Positions 62,408 to 64,000 of a DNA stretch of 64,000 bases are shown piece by piece; the stretch's first letter is position 1, and each line of letters begins with the position of its first letter. The notes beneath the pieces were generated by a model that was not told the DNA's origin, did not search any database, and saw only the letters and a list, made by a program, of their open reading frames with translations. Origin of the DNA: an uncultured delta proteobacterium (GTDB lineage: Bacteria; Myxococcota; Myxococcia; Myxococcales; Myxococcaceae); assembly GCA_963796055.1 (NCBI GenBank), contig CAWCKH010000004.1:2208001-2272000 (forward strand). Direction: 5' to 3'. The position numbers and the translations under genes were made by a program.

Positions 62408-63655
62408 ATGGCCGTCTCCGCCACCGCTCTGAAGAACAAGACCGCGCCCAAGCCCAGGCAGTGGGTGTGGGAGGCGAGGACCCGGGCCGGCGAGGTGAAG
62501 AAGGGCGAGATGGAGGCCCTGGACGCCGCGGCGGTGGACACCCGCCTCAAGGCCCTGGGGCTGTCGCCGGTCAAGGTCAAGAAGAAGCCGGCCGAGCTCC
62601 GGCTCCCGACGATCGGCAGCGGGGTGAGCGGCAAGGACATCCTGGTCTTCACCAAGCAGTTCGCGACGATGATCGACGCGGGCCTGCCGCTGGTGCAGTG
62701 CCTGGACATCCTCGCCAATCAGATGGACAACGCGGCCTTCAAGAAGGTCCTGCTGGCCATCAAGTCGAAGGTCGAGTCGGGGTCGACCTTCGCCGACGCG
62801 CTGAAGGACCACCCCAAGGTGTTCGACGAGCTGTTCGTGCAGCTCTGCGCCGCGGGCGAGGTGGGCGGCATCCTCGACACCATCCTCAACCGGCTGGCGA
62901 ACTACCGGGAGAAGGCCGAGAAGCTGAAGCGAAAGGTGAAGGGGGCGATGATCTACCCGATCATCGTCATCACCGTGGCGATCGGCGTGACGGCGATCCT
63001 CCTCCTGAAGGTCACGCCCGTGTTCGCCAAGATGTTCACCGACTTCGGATCGGCCATGCCCGCGCCGACCCAGTTCGTCATCGACCTGTCGGCCTGGCTC
63101 CAGAAGAACTTCCTGTACATCGTGGGCGGTGCCATCGCCTTCGCGGCGGCCTTCATCGCGTTCTATCGAAACCCCAAGGGCCGGAAGATCTTCGACGCCG
63201 CAGTCCTGCAGGCCCCGATCATCGGCCCGGTGATCCGCAAGATCGCGGTGGCGCGCTTCACCCGGACCCTGGGTACCATGATCAGCTCCGGTGTGCCGAT
63301 CCTCGACGCGCTGGACGTCACGGCGAAGACCGCGGGCAATCGCACCATCGAGCAGGGCATCTATTACGTGCGAGGGAAGATCTCCGAGGGCAAGAGCATC
63401 GCGGGCCCGTTGCTGGAGACCAAGGTCTTCCCCCCGATGGTGGTGCAGATGATCGGCGTCGGCGAGGCCACGGGCGCGATGGACGCCATGCTCAACAAGA
63501 TCGCCGATTTCTACGACGACGAGGTCGACACCGCCGTTGCGGGTCTCACCGCGATGATCGAGCCGCTGTTGATGGTCTTCCTCGGCGCGGTGGTGGGCGG
63601 CTTCCTCATCGCGATGTACCTTCCGATCTTCTCGATCGCCGGTGCCATCAAGTAG
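62408..63655 (+). CDS. pilC: Type IV pilus inner-membrane platform protein
   Basis: FTKQFATMIDAGLPL, GEVGGILD, KVKGAMIYP, GEATGAMD and AMYLPIF. Confidence 0.96.
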   Translation: MAVSATALKNKTAPKPRQWVWEARTRAGEVKKGEMEALDAAAVDTRLKALGLSPVKVKKKPAELRLPTIGSGVSGKDILVFTKQFATMIDAGLPLVQCLDILANQMDNAAFKKVLLAIKSKVESGSTFADALKDHPKVFDELFVQLCAAGEVGGILDTILNRLANYREKAEKLKRKVKGAMIYPIIVITVAIGVTAILLLKVTPVFAKMFTDFGSAMPAPTQFVIDLSAWLQKNFLYIVGGAIAFAAAFIAFYRNPKGRKIFDAAVLQAPIIGPVIRKIAVARFTRTLGTMISSGVPILDALDVTAKTAGNRTIEQGIYYVRGKISEGKSIAGPLLETKVFPPMVVQMIGVGEATGAMDAMLNKIADFYDDEVDTAVAGLTAMIEPLLMVFLGAVVGGFLIAMYLPIFSIAGAIK

Positions 63656-64000
63656 CGCAGCCGAGGCGCCCGACGCCAGCAGCTCCCTTCGTCCCAGGCT
63701 GGTCTGGGTCACGGCGTTCCGCACTGCCGCGGCCACGCTGCTGCTGGCGGTCTACGGCGTCCGGCTCCTCTCCCGTCCCGTCGCCGAGGCCCTCGCCGGC
63801 GAGGATCTCCTCTCCCTGTGGATGGTGGGGAGCATCTACCTCCTGGTGCTGGTGCAGGCGCTCTTCCTCCGGAACAGCAAGCCGGGGGCTCGCAGCGCTT
63901 TGGTGCACGTGGCTGGTGACGTGGCCATCGCCACGGTGCTGGTCTTCATCACCGGTGGAGCGGAGAGCCCCTTCACCTTCACCTACCTCCTCACCGTGGT
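63642..64000 (+). CDS. pilS: Membrane sensor kinase, N-terminal part (partial)
   Basis: GTG at 63642 overlaps the pilC end; LRPRLVWVTAFR...GDVAIATVLVFITGGAESPFTFTYLL; position directly after pilC. Confidence 0.8.
   Translation, partial: MPSSSAAEAPDASSSLRPRLVWVTAFRTAAATLLLAVYGVRLLSRPVAEALAGEDLLSLWMVGSIYLLVLVQALFLRNSKPGARSALVHVAGDVAIATVLVFITGGAESPFTFTYLLTV

Overview
Very GC-rich bacterial chromosomal DNA, most likely a myxobacterium (Myxococcales). This is inferred from an Oar-type TonB-dependent receptor, a TIGR02266/Hsp70-like protein, a large S41 protease, a zinc-ribbon protein and a pilB-pilT-pilC-pilS locus downstream of ribF. The left half (1-30.7 kb) mixes housekeeping genes (glgP, M23 peptidase, prkA-yeaH-spoVR) with accessory genes: a Ser/Thr kinase, an orphan ABC permease, SulP, a POT transporter, an arginase-like gene, an AraC regulator and two gene remnants. 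The right half is largely core: mltG, ruvX, an ArsA pair, ParA, PhaR, tatA, gshA, alaS, trmB, ribF and the pil genes. The most notable observations are: (1) a non-coding array of five ~82-bp units, each with a GTTTCG-N13-CGAAAC palindrome, arranged as a long inverted repeat at 30.0-30.5 kb; (2) an orphan T3SS-like repeat protein plus SycD-like TPR chaperone pair at 32.4-34.6 kb; (3) a protein with two apparent Hfq/Sm-like domains at 56.4-57.4 kb; (4) an asymmetric ArsA/Get3 pair with a phasin-like protein, ParA and PhaR; (5) a collapsed oar/mlpA-like remnant that keeps a duplicated promoter; and (6) a +1 frameshift in pilT. No rRNA, tRNA, CRISPR array or transposase was recognised. All family calls come from reading motifs by eye; no database searches were run.
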